Part shown: positions 51,560-63,330 of the stretch, in pieces
How positions within the stretch are numbered: position 1 is the stretch's first letter
Layout: every line of letters starts with the position of its first letter
NCBI GenBank assembly: GCA_036172245.1
Contig: JAYWIR010000013.1
Span: forward strand, 1,116,001-1,180,000
Origin: Raillietiella orientalis
Lineage: Eukaryota
Reading direction: 5' to 3'
DNA: 64,000 nucleotides
The notes under the pieces: model-generated
Databases searched by the model: none
Told to the model about the DNA's origin: nothing
Seen by the model: the letters and a program-made list of their open reading frames with translations, nothing else
Position numbers and translations under genes: made by a program

Positions 51560-52480
51560 TTGCCGAGGAAGCAGAAAAGAGTGCCTTAGTGCCCATCTTT
51601 CCAGAGCAGATACCATGGAAACGGGAAAGCTCCGCGCGACGGAGATGTGCTTCTTTGCGCGCTCGGGACCGACGGGAGATCGCCAACCTCTCCTCGACAG
51701 GGAAGGAGGTGCAATCCTGCCCCTTGGCGCGCGCTCAGGCAGGAACGGAAGCCAACAGGCGAATCCAGATCGCGACCGGAAGTCGTCATCCAGCGTACTG
51801 CGAAGAATGGCTGGCACGCGCTGCATGTGCCAAAAGGGAACTGGGGGTTACGTTCTGCGCGGCTGCTTCCTCCAGCCCCTCGGTACGCGTGTCGACCGCC
51901 GGACACAGCTGCCCGGCGGGATCCATGATGCCAGCTCTGCGAGGCTTCTGGCCTTCCGTGGAAGAAGACGAGGAGGATGCAGAAAAAGATGGCCGGTCGA
52001 GGACCGATCTGACCGGGGCGCTGTCGCTCATGCAGCGTTGCGCGCTCTGTCCCGTCCAAGAAGCGTCCCGATCGGGGAAAAGACCGGGTTGGTCAGCGCC
52101 GCGCCTCTGGGCACGCTCCGCGCCATGGGGGTCGCGTGCGGTTTGCTGAACGCCGTTCCGAGCGGGCGCAGGAGATGCGCGGCCGACAAACGTCCCTCAC
52201 GCTCTCCCGGTCGATTCCAGAAGAGCGACGGCGGGCTGTCGGGACGCGGTGGGAACCGTCTAGACGCCACCCGACTTGATGCCGCAGGGCATCTCTTGAC
52301 GGCACCTGACCGTCTGAGGGGAGTCGCGCAGCGGCACGGGAAGGAGGGCTCGATACAGTTTAGTGCGTCCGAGGTCTCAGCACGTCCGGGAAATGACGAG
52401 GTCCTCAGGGAGCCTGGCATCCCGCGGGAGGAGCAGGAGGTGATGGCGCGGGTTCTACTGGATGAGTCGCTCTGGGCATG
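51560..52480 (+). mobile_element. Second RLE LINE C-terminus, divergent from the previous one
   Basis: GCRKR..AVAH (CCHC-like); GNDEVLREPGIPREEQEVMARVLLDESLW. Confidence 0.55.
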
Positions 52481-52636
52481 AGCCGCTGCGCGTCAGTCTG
52501 CTGCGGGCAGTGGCGGAGGAAGGGAGGAGGGCGCGGGAAAGCATGTCCCCCGTCCACCAACATCTTTTTTTTCTTTTTAAAGAAAAGGTCAGTATCGATC
52601 TCACGGGGACATCATTGCTGTTAACCTACGATGTTG

Positions 52637-53180
52637 GCACTCCTTTTGGGTTCTCCTGTCTTCGCCGTTTTTCTTCCAGCTTTTTTTTTTCGGTTTTCTT
52701 TACTGGTTCTCAAAGAGTGCTGAAGAGTCTTCTGCCTGCTTAGTGGAGAAGGAGGGCGGGACACAAAGCTCTTTGGCACCGTCCACGCGACTTGAGGGTG
52801 CGTGTCACTCCTCAAGTTATAGGAAGTGACCCCGGAGGGACCACTCTGTGAATCCAGGAAGAGTTCTGGAGGAGGAATCCATTCCTGTTGTGCATGGGAG
52901 GGAACCCTGAAGGAAACCACCTCTTCCTTCTTCCCTCCGGAGGGGGTCTCTCCCCGTTTCTTCTCTGGAAGGATCCCCCTCAAGGGAACAGCTCTTCCCT
53001 CCTTTGAAGTGAACCCCGCAGGGACGCTTTCCGATTTCTCCGAAGGACGCTCCCCAAAGGGAGCGGTACGCTTCTTTGGGCACTGGAGAGTGCCATCAAT
53101 CCACCAGTCCCATGGTGCGCGATGGAGGGTCTCCTTCCCGAGGGAGGGGGGACGTCTCCGTTTGCACAGCCGGAGGGGAA
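52637..53180 (-). mobile_element. SINE 3' two-thirds, minus strand
   Basis: Reverse complement aligns with 57330-57873. Confidence 0.72.
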
Positions 53181-53369
53181 CCTCGAAGAGTTCTCTGACT
53201 CCTTCCGACATCTTGTTTGAGTTGCTGCTCATGCGGCGCATGAGCAGCAACTTCCGGTTGAGTGGCCGGTCAGTGGCAATCGTAGGGAATCCACCCGCCG
53301 ATGGTTTCTTCCAAGTGATCAAGCTGTGGGCACGTCCTCCTCCTGCCACATGACTCGCGTTGGGGGTCA

Positions 53370-53735
53370 CGTGGCTGCGGTCTCCGCGCGTGGCAGCACC
53401 GAGAGTCGCGGGTTCGAAGTTCCTCCCGCCGGATGGCGCTGGTTGGCCTCGGATAGCTTCGGGTGTGGCGGCGCTGGCAGCGGATGAAAGTGGATGCCCC
53501 CGATGAGTGGTCAGGACGGGGAGGTCGACTCTCCGGGGTCCTTCCAGGAAACAAGAAGTGGGAGGAGTTCCTCCCTCTTGGGTTGTGCAAAGGAGCCTCT
53601 CTAGAGGCTGGAGCTGGTGGGTGGATGGCACCTCTCCAGCGTGCAAAGAAACGCTTCCCCTTCGGGGAGCAGACCTTCCCGAGAAAAATTGGGAAGCGTC
53701 TCTTCGGGGTTTTCTTCGGAGGGGGAGAAACAGGG
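53370..53735 (+). mobile_element. tRNA-headed SINE 5' half
   Basis: GTGGCTGCGGTCTCC...GGTTCGAAG; body aligns with other copies. Confidence 0.7.
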
Positions 53736-55748
53736 ACAGGGGGAGGCGCATCCGCGTGCGAGCAGCAGCAGTACGGCTGCAGGCTAGCGCAACCGGCGGA
53801 GGACGAGTTCTTCACCCAGCTGAAGGCGGCGGAGAGAAGGATCGTAGGCGAGAGCTGTCTCCCCCCCCCCCCAAAAGGAAAGAGCACCCATTTCCAGAGC
53901 TGAACGGCCTCTCCGACCTGTACCGGTGTAGAGCGCTGACAAGAAATGGTTCTTTGGCGGCGGCAGCACCGGAGTGGAACCGAAGAGCACCGCCACCGCG
54001 GCCAGAAACCGCCGGGTTATCCGCGAAATCATCGTGTGGCCGGCCGGCTGACCCAACGGCATGACCTCGGTCCAGTCTTCGCTCCCTTCTGCGACGGGAT
54101 GCCGTCGCCACGGCGGCGGCCATGCCAACCATGCGTTGTGATAAGCACGCGTTGAGCTCGGCCTCGCCTTGCTAACAGCCCACAAGACCCCATCGCACAG
54201 ACGCCTCGCCCAAAAGTGCCACTCGCTGCGTGGTCGGAAATCTAACAACACCTTTGATGGATTTTGCACACTGGGCGCGCGGGCGCCTCCTCACCGCGTT
54301 GGCAGGCTCGAACTTGGGTGAAGGATGCGTAGCAGCTGCCGTCGTTTCCGAGATACTGGAGATGCCCAGCAGCAACATCACCGGCTGGCCGGCGCCACGC
54401 CGACATCTCCCTCCGCTCTCCTGCCGAGCGTTCCTCATCCTGGAGGAACAGGAGAGATAGCTCTTTGCCGCGAGCGAAGAGTGCAGGAAGAAGAGAGGAA
54501 GCCACTCGCCACTCCAGGTCTTCAGCAGAGAGGAAGGTCTCCAGTGCGATCGCGGAAGGGGGGCGGTAAGGAGGGGATAGGGAGGGGAAGCAAAGAACGA
54601 TGGGAAGGGAGGCGTTCCGCTGGAAGAGAGCGTGGTTCCTGTGACCTCCTTGAGCCTCTCCCTTCGGCAGTTCGGGGGCGGCAAAGGAGCGAGCCGGAAG
54701 CGAGAGAGAGGGTCTCGGGGAAGTGGGGAAGGGAGGGGCCGGGGGGGGGAGAGGCACAGCGCCCGCCGGGTTTGCACGATCGATCCCGTCCCCACGCGTG
54801 AGTCGGGTCTGCAGACGATGCGACAGGAAGCGTCACGTGAGTGGCCGGGAGCTCCGCTCGCTGCAGCTCACGAAGGCTGAAGATTAACGACGCTCCCGCG
54901 TCCAGGGAATGACATGCGGGATTGATCCCTCGCGAAGATCAAATCGATGGACTCGAGGAGAGCCGAAACCTGCGTTTCCCGCGACGAAGGGGCTGGCCGC
55001 GGAGGAGTCCCCTCCGGGGGAGGGGAGGAGCCTGGCGAAAGACCCAGACGAAAAGGCGGCGGCCCTGGAAGGCCAGTGGTCGAAAGGTGCGCTGGCTGAA
55101 GCGCGGCCGTCCCTGGGCCAGGGAAGGCGCTCCGCTTGAGGAGTACAGGAGGATGCCCCAGAGTCGCGCGCTAGCTGGCGTGGCTTCGGGAGCGATCGAC
55201 CGGGAGCCCGTTCGCAACCACCGTCAGTGTCGGAGGCAGACATTTCCTTCAGCATTCCTACGTGCCCGTTCGGCGCGAAAGTTTCCCTCCCGGTAACGTC
55301 CGGAGGCGTTCGTTTCGTAAAAAATGGACCAGTTGGGAACACGCTAATCCCGGCCGAAGACAAAATAAGTCCGGGAGGGAGGGAGGTCTCCGACATGCGG
55401 GTCAGAACATCCCGGAACGGGAGGGAAGGGGCAAGGAGGGGTCTTTGGTGTCCGCTCCGTGTGCACCGGGATGAATATGCAAAAGACCGGGAAAGGTCCG
55501 AAGCGAAAGGGAGTGGGCAGCGAGAAAAAAATAAAATAAAATAAAATAAAATAAAAAAAGGGAAATTGGGGTCAAGGGTCATCAGCATCGGCTGTTCCTT
55601 CACTTCGCCGGCCATCTTCGTCTTCACTTCTTCAGGGCGAGACCCCCTTGCCGTCGCCCTCGTGAGGGCGGCTGCCATTCCAGTGACTTCCTCTCTCTGA
55701 GTGGTCGTCTCGAGCACACGGCGGGCGGGCTATGACGTCACGGCGCGG

Positions 55749-56434
55749 ACGCGACCCACCGTTGCCGTCGCCGCGACCGCCAAGAGGAGAACGCCGTGCA
55801 AGAAGAACCGCCGCCGCCGCAAAAGGTCAAGGGCGGAGTCTTCCTAGTGCAGGAGCGTCTCCTCCAGTCTGATCCAGGAGGGCATCGCAGTCCGAAAGTA
55901 GATGCGGGGATGGCCGTTCCACCGACGCGCACCTGGAGCAACAGCCACCTGGATGCTCTACCCCCCCTTCCCCCCTTCCGGAGACAAGGGTGCAGGTGCT
56001 GGATGCACCGGGGTCCCGGGTGCAGGAACGGCAGCACCGCCTGCCTCTAGGTCACAGAAAACGCGGAAGGGGCTGCAAATTCCTTGGGGCAACACCCGAA
56101 AGCTTGTCCCACCGAAAGACTACTGTCGTCAGGGCTACGCGGAGTGGCTCGTTCACCAACTCGCGCATCTTCCGGTCGCCAAAGAGTTTCGTCTTTTCCC
56201 GCAGCGGTGCAGGAAAACTCCCGCCTCGCCGGTTGGCAACTGTTTCCTCTCGCCCTCAGGACAGACAGCACTGCAGCGAAAGCTGAGGCGCGGTGGAAGA
56301 CTTTTTGGAGTCCTGCAGCACCTCCTTCCAGGCATGGCTGAGGGAGAGTCGCAAAGGACGAAATTCTGCCGGACGCAGTCCTTGGAATGCAGCCCAGGAC
56401 GCAACTGCCTCCTGCCTCCAGGCGTTGGGGTTCA
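55749..56434 (+). repeat. Inverted duplicate of 43164-43849
   Basis: About 97% identity by manual alignment. Confidence 0.9.
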
Positions 56435-56836
56435 TTGGGAGTCAGGAGATGCATGCTTGGGCCTCCACTAGGGGGGCGAGTTGCCTCAAGGGGAAGTTGA
56501 ATCCTCACATCCTTCAACGGCAGCAACGAGAGCGATCGTTCGCTGCCGATGCATCTCCGAAGGATGAGGCGCGCAGAACGGGCAAGTCCTCAGATGGACA
56601 CAAAGTGCCAGCGTTCGGAAGCCCACCCGCAGCTCGATCCCCTCCAGCGTCTCAGGACGTCTCGCCAGGAGATCCGCAGCGAGGACCTGCTTCCTTGGCA
56701 ATCCGTTCCTCGTGCTGCGGATGGACCGATTTTTCCGCATGTTTCCGGGGTCAGCTGGGAAAGGCACAGCGAGCAAGTCTCACAGTGGACGCCCCTGAAG
56801 AGCAGCATCATGTGACTGCACCACCGTGAGAGGGGG

Positions 56837-56889
56837 TATCATAGAGACGGGATTCATCCCGTCTCTATGATATGACGTCTCTATGATAT
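56837..56889. repeat. Perfect 17-bp inverted repeat (2-nt loop) plus adjacent 14-bp direct repeat
   Basis: TATCATAGAGACGGGAT-TC-ATCCCGTCTCTATGATA; CGTCTCTATGATAT at 56860 and 56876. Confidence 0.95.
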
Positions 56890-57016
56890 TTTTTTCTCCC
56901 GCGAGTGAGTTGGACCGTTCCTTCCTCTAGGACGCGGACCAGCAAGAGAAACCGACATCTTCTTGCCGAGTCACCGAGAGCTGATGAGTCTCACTGCACG
57001 AAGAAAGGAGACCGCA

Positions 57017-57873
57017 GTGGCCGCGTGGCTGCGGCCTCTGCACGAGTGGCACCAGGCGCCACAGGTTCGAATTCCACCCGAGGGGGAAGAGTCGATGCCG
57101 AGAACCCGAAAGGGAGGGGGGTTGTCGTGATTTTCGAGTCCCCCACCTCCGCAGAATGGCGCTGGCTGGCCTCAGCTGGCTTGGGGAGCGGTGGAGATCC
57201 GCGCATGCCCCGTTGATCGGCCGGGATTAGAAGTGGATCCTCCGGGATCCCACTAGGAATCGTGAGGCTGGTTGTTTTCTGGGCTCCCCTTTGGTTATGA
57301 AGATGGAGCCGCCTTCCATCGCGTTCCATGAAGCTGGTTGATACCTCTCGGAGGCGGCCTCTCCAGAGTATCAAGAAACGCTCTGCTCCCTTGTAGGAGC
57401 AACTCTTCAGAGAAATCGGGAAGCGTCCCTTCGGGGTTCTCTTCAGAGGAAGAGGAAACAAGGAGCGGTTCCCTTGCGGGTTCCTTCCGGAGAAAAGAAA
57501 GAAAAGTGGCCCACTCTGGGGGTCCCTTTGGAGGAAATGAGGAATAGGATTCCCTCGGGATTCCCTTCGGAGACAACCAGGGCGAGGGTTCCCTTCGGGG
57601 ATCCCTCTCCAGGCGTGAGAAGAACGGACACCTTCCTCCGGAACCTCCCTGGATTCACAGGGTGGTTCCTATGGAACTACCCCTATAACTCGAAGTTTCG
57701 TGCACCTTCTGGTGCTGTAGACATTGTCAAAAAACTTTGCGAGTCCCCCGTAAGGTGGCCAACGGTTCTTCAGCACTCTTGGAGAACCAAAAAAACAGGA
57801 AAAGAAAAAAAAGAAGAAGAAAAAAAAAAGGATGGAAGGGAAGAAGCGAAAACAGGAGAACCCTAAAGGGAGT
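57017..57873 (+). mobile_element. Full-length tRNA-headed SINE (~0.85 kb)
   Basis: A-box-like TGGCTGCGG, B-box GGTTCGAATTCC 57064-57075, body shared by 8 other copies, A-rich stretch 57789-57829. Confidence 0.75.
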
Positions 57874-57899
57874 CTCGTCGTCCTAGTCCGAAGGCAACA

Positions 57900-58830
57900 A
57901 CGATCTTCCCGTGAGGTCGCTATGGCCTTTGGGAGAAGACGAAGAAAAACCAGGGTAGTTGGAGAGGCAAGATGTGAAGGGGGCAGTGCAGACTCTTGGA
58001 AGTTGTACGGCAAAAGTTCGGAGGGACAGACGACACTCGTGGGAGAAAAGGCACGTGACATTCGAGCGGGAAGGGGTGCATACCGGGAGCATCGGCGGAC
58101 GAAGGTTCGCTGGTGGCAGCAGCGTTTGAAAGAGAAGCGGGGGTGGAGTATCCGCACGAGATGAGGTGAGCCCCTCACCACCCCACCCGATACAGGGTCT
58201 CGGAATCCCTGTCAGGGTCATCCAAGGGTAGCCAACGCGAACCAACTCGCGCGGCTGCGGTGTTGCCGGTGGTCCGCTTTTGTCGGCGGAAGTGCACCTA
58301 CCGGAGCAAGGCCAAGAGGACCCAAGACTGGGGAGCATCATCTGCGGTTCCTGGAGGGCAGGAGATCGGTGGGGCAGTGGGAGAAATCCGAACGCTTCCT
58401 GAGACAGGCTGAGGGTCTCTCGTTCTCCCCGCTCGAGACCTCCCGCAGCCGAGAGGCCAAGAGCGAAGTTTCGTGCCCGACGGCAGGAACTGCGAAACCG
58501 CGAGGCAGGCGGGCAACGCACCATCTAGCTGACCTTCGAGACGAGGTCCGCATTGTCCGCTCTAAAGGGTCGCTCCGGCAAGGGCACCTCCCGACGAAAC
58601 TAGCAGTCGCGCATCTCCTTGAAAGCTTTGTGCCTGGTTCCCGAGCAGCAGCAGCAGCAGCGCACGGCGTTGGACTTCTTGCATGGGGGTTTCGTCTCGA
58701 GACCAGTGCGGGTCTCGCTGGAAAGTGGACAGCGTTTCCACAAACCGCTCCAGGTGGAAGGGGAAGTCTGAACGCTCCGCGCTGCTCGTGGACCGCGGTG
58801 CCTTTCGGCTTTAACCCAGGGACACCAGGA
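57900..58830 (-). mobile_element. RLE LINE RT2-5 fragment
   Basis: RNFAL..LSLSQEAFGFLP (RT3-like), PRELVRVGYPW (RGVRQGDP-like). Confidence 0.4.
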
Positions 58831-58924
58831 CGTTAGCTTGAAAAACCAAAAAAAAACTACAAGGAAGAGGAAAGGGGGAAGAAGAGTTCCCCTCAATAAC
58901 GAGAAATGCCAAAAAAAAAAGAAA

Positions 58925-59351
58925 GGAGGCCACCAGCATGGCAGCCGCCTTGGTGAAGACGGCTACCAGGTGGTATCATCAATTTTCAAACTCATCATCT
59001 CAAACCCCATCAAATTACTAGCAAAAACTATCAACAACAATCTCCACCTGCAAGAAGAAGAAGTCATCAGGGAGATTCAGCATCCACAGTCTCTTCTAGG
59101 AAGAAAGGAACGATTGAAACCAAAGATCCCCTGTCCCTACTCCCTCTCCTGCCTTTTTTCCATTTATTTATTGTCCCTTCCCTTCCGCTCCAGACTCCCC
59201 TAGAAGCCGACCTGAGTACCGATGGTCATCCCCAATGAAATTCTTGTTTTTCCGGCATCCCTTGCATCCCGGGGGCGCCGTTCCCCTCTGATTTGAGGTT
59301 AATTTTTCTTTAAATGAACGTCCCGGCATGATAAGGTGCAAACTCAGGGAT
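58925..59351 (+). mobile_element. Tx1 subfamily-2 3' end with a 68-bp foreign insert
   Basis: Inverted homolog of 63331-63682. Confidence 0.75.
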
Positions 59352-59369
59352 AACCAAGGGCACGCAGGT

Positions 59370-60095
59370 CAGCTTTCCAAAAGTAAGGAACGGAGGGAGA
59401 GAGCAATAAATAAATGAAGAAAAAAAGACAGGGAGTAGGGGCAGGGGTCTTTGTCTGAACAGAAGCGGCTCTGGATGGTGGTGGCGATTTCCCTGGAAAC
59501 TTCTTTCGGCAGATGAGGCCACCTTGCTGCCGTCCTCATGAAGGCTGCTGCCATGTTGGTGGCCTCTCTTACCCGCGAACCTGACTCCAACACATGGCGG
59601 ACCGTCACACGGATACGACAGATCATTGAGATCACAGCGCTGCGTCGCCCCGGCGCACCGGTTTTGGCGATGCCACCCGGGTACTCCGGGACGTTTATTA
59701 AAAACTCTTCATCCGTCAGTACAGAACGTGATACAAGGCCCCCCTAACAGCCACGCAATACCGGACCTGCCGGGACGCCGGGACGCAGCCCGGTGTGACT
59801 CCCTTCGGCAGTGGAAGGGGATGAGGGAGAAAACAAAAATAGAATAAAATTCAGAAAAAAAAAACAAAAAGAGTTTGGAGGGCCGGGAAGGGATCACATT
59901 CCACTACAGGGAGGGCCCATCCTTTGCAGGATGCCCTCGAGGTCCTTCTTCATTCTGCCCAGCTGGGGCCATCCGGTAGCTTTCTGCAGGAAGCGAACAG
60001 CATACTGGATGACGTCCGTCACGTTGCAATCTGCATCTCCAGGCCGCCACAATACCACGGATGCAGCAAAGTGCTGCCAAGGCTGCGGCTGCATC
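59370..60095 (-). mobile_element. Two short Tx1-type 3' fragments (subfamily 2 at 59370-59650; subfamily 1 at 59672-60095)
   Basis: AALCCIRGIVAAW, YAVRFLQKATGWP; terminal motif 59672-59699. Confidence 0.72.
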
Positions 60096-60104
60096 GGTTT
60101 TGGC

Positions 60105-62977
60105 TAGGGTATGAGGAACGAGCGAGCGCTCTTGTAGGCGCGGCCATGGCAAAGACGGTCAGAAGTACGTCGACTGGCGGAATTTCAAACGGGTCCGAGC
60201 GCCAGGCCTGGCAGTCCGGCGCAGCCACCTTGCTGGACGAAAACGGCCAGGAATGCTCGGCCCCACCGCAGATTAAGCGCATCGTGCGCAATTACTCCTC
60301 CTCCCTTTACGCAAGCGCATCATTGGAGCGCGACTTCTTGCAGCGCCTACTGCCAGAAGCCGCCCCAGAGATAGGGGAGGAGGACTGCAGCGGCTCGCGG
60401 AGCCTTTCTCTATTGGCGAAATCACCAGCGCCATCGGAAAGCTCCAGAAAAAAAAAGCGCCAGGGGAGGACGGTCTGCCTGCAGAGTTTTACCAAAGCTT
60501 TGCGGCAGAGCTCGTGCCCTTGGTGCAGAAGATCGAAGTGCTGACTCGGGAAACGGGCGAGGTTCCTGACTCGTTCCGGTATCCTCCTTTCGGGACACCT
60601 ACGCAACACTGGCAACTGGCGGGAGACTACGGTAGTAAATACGGACTCCAAGCTGCTGACGAAGCAGTGGTCCGAGAGAATCGGACGGGTGGCCGAAACA
60701 TTCATAAGTTCCGGCAGATCGATGGATGCCAACCTGTTCCTCGCGCGGACCTGGCTCGCATTGCTACAGCGGGGTGACACAGCAGGCCGGGGGAATCTTC
60801 GATTCCTCAAGAGCCAGGGACAAGGAGGTCCTCTGTCGGGGGATGCGTCGGGAGCCCTTGCGATCGCGGTCGATCTGCGCAAAGCGTTCGACTGCGTCGA
60901 TCAGGGGCTCCTCCTGGAGCTTCTGGAACGCTTGGGATTTCCTACCGTCTTCCTGACCTATCTGCGCTCCAGCTGGCGCTCCGCGATGGTAAACATTTTT
61001 TTCAGCGGCAGGCACGTGTACGGCATTCCTGTGCGGCACGGAGTGAGGCAGGGGGACAGTACCCCCTTGTTCCTTCCTGAGCCCCTTGTTCTTCAGCACC
61101 TACTTCGAGTTGGTGTTGAGGGCGTACAGGGATACTCTGGCTTCCCTGCCGAGCTCTTGCCCAGTATTTCGGCCATGTCGGCCTATGAAGATGACCTCTT
61201 GCTGCTGCTTCCTGTCTGCCCCTTCAGACGCACTCGAGGAATTCTTCGAGCTACTAAGCACAGGAACAGGCATGGAGGTGAACAGAGAGAAGTCAAGCTG
61301 TGTCCGGTCGGAGCGACATGGGCTGGGCAGTCGGACTGGGTCCGTTTGGAGATCCCCGCGGTTGGGTACTTCAATTACCTTCGCGTGCCGTTATGGGACC
61401 TTTCCCCTGAGGAATTGTGGTCCGGCTGCCTCCAGAAGGCAGAGTCGCCTCTCGTCCCGTTCGATGAAGGCAACTTCTGGTTGCTGGAACGGGACGTCAT
61501 TTGGAACACTTTTGCGGCCTCTGTCCTCCGACCAATGCTTTTTGTTTGCTCCCTCCCCCCGGCATGATGAAACAGACGAATGGCCTCCTTTGAAAAGCCC
61601 TCTGGGGCAATGGGAGGTCCCGAGTTCGATTAAAAGACTTGTGAGCTCCTCGTCGCGACGGAGGACTTGGACTCCTGACGTTGCAGCGCATGGAAGTTCA
61701 ACCGAACTTTCGAAGAGTGGCTGGCCTTCGTGGCACAGAACTGGGCCACCCATTGGTGCGCCTCTGCACGTTTGCTCTCCCAGCTGGCGGTTGGTGGCGA
61801 AGGACTCGCAACTCTGCTTGTGTGTCACCACCACCGGCTCCCATCCTGAGGTTGCCTCCTTCGATGTGTCGCTGCTCTGGTAAGAGCGAACACGTGGGTT
61901 CTCTTCCTCCCTGCAAATACTCCGGCCTGGCGACAGGAGAAAGTGAGGACATGAGTCCCTCTCACCCAGGCCTCGTAGGAAGTGACCTGCTGCCTAGAGT
62001 TTAAGAAGAACAGCGGAAGAACACTGGAGGCAGCGGGTAGTGAGCTGACCATGTTGGCCTACCCAGCAGCCACCCCCTTCTCCATAGAGGTGTCCTCCGC
62101 TATCGAGGTACATGGCACCTGCGTACTGGCGAAGTAGGAAGTTTCCTGCGAGATCTCGGCCCGCAAGAAGCATATCGGTGGCTGGACACCGCGTGAGCTG
62201 GCTGATGAGGTAACAGCAAGAATCGTCTCCAAAGGACTGGAACATTGGGGCGAACAATTCTCCATTCAGCCCAAAAAGTTGGAAGTGATCTCATGTTTCT
62301 AGACAGGAAGGTTCTTTCCCTCAAGTGACAGCAATCAGTGCTGCTGATACTGCACTGGAGTCTCTTGTTCAATGCGCGCCGGCACCACTGGACGAGGGGG
62401 AGCGCATCGCCGAACTGTGTCAGGTGTGGAGAGAAGAAGACTTTCACCCACCTCATAGTGCAGTGTGTTGCCCTCGGGAACTGTGGGAACATTTCTCTGC
62501 GTCCCTTCTGCAACCCGTTTACGATCCCAGAGACTCTTTGAGGTCCCTCTTCGTGCGGGATGCCATGACGCCCGCAGCCGCAGCGCTATGCTGCGTGCGC
62601 GTCGTGGTAGTGGCGTGGTGCGACACCGAGAGACCGGAGCGATGGGGGGCTGTCCTGCATGCCATCCGCTTCCTGCAGATAGCCTTGAGGTGGCCGTACC
62701 TGGAAAGGGAGAAGGAGCTCGCTGGCATCCTTCAACAGATACAGAGGCCTCACCACGAAATGTGATCCCTTCTCTTCGCCCCAACTAATTTTTTTTTTTG
62801 TGTGTGTTGCTTATTATAATTTGTTTTCATTTTCTATTTTTGTTTCATCCCCCTTCCCTTCGTGGACGTGATGGACCTCTCAGAACCCTCCTTCTTTCTG
62901 GTGTAACCATGGAATTGGTGGGCTATCGGCTCCATCGATCCTGTAAGAGAATAAACGCCCTGGCGCACCCGAGTGTG
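60105..62977 (+). pseudogene. Longest L1/Tx1-type ORF2 remnant (RT, zf-RVT, 3' UTR), frameshifted
   Basis: APGEDGLPAEFY, DLRKAFDCVD, RHGVRQGD, AYEDDL, VNREKS, FNYL, LILHWSLLFNARRHHW..PNCVRCGEKKTFTHLIVQC, AATAAA-hairpin end. Confidence 0.9.
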
Positions 62978-63330
62978 AAATCACAGCGCTCTTCCGGTGG
63001 AGAAGCGTCGCAGAAAGTCCAACACGGACTCCGGCAGTTGTCGGAGAGCCGGAGCGAGTCTTCACCACAAGTCCTCGAGGGCACTGCACTCCAGCAAAAG
63101 ATGCACCAGCGATTCCATTGCTCCGCTCCCGGAACAGATCGGGGAGGTAACGCTACCGCTCGGAGCACATGGGAAGTGCCTTGCTTCATCCCGGAGAGAC
63201 CTTGGAGCCGAGCTGCTGCACCCGCAACGAGCTTCCGCCTACCTTCCGCATTACTGTTGAAGAACCATCCTGGAAAGGTTCCTCAGAAGGCTCAGTGTTT
63301 CCTTTTTTTTTTACTCCCGTACCATTTTCC

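Noticed and set aside
55902..56471. 178-codon frame open in both inverted copies with 9 synonymous vs 7 nonsynonymous changes
   Set aside because: Small counts dominated by transitions; the ancestral TE frame appears to be a different one, and the protein is unrecognisable
56981..57010. Hammerhead ribozyme from CTGATGAG...GAA
   Set aside because: No proper stem II/GAAA core or flanking stems; same for other CTGATGA hits
57017..57090. Functional tRNA gene (also 13161, 15510, 47991, 53370)
   Set aside because: B-box present but no complete cloverleaf; always attached to the same SINE body
59672..60110. Twin-priming inversion at the 5' end of the long ORF2 remnant
   Set aside because: The inverted piece is another 3' end, not the missing upstream part of the same element
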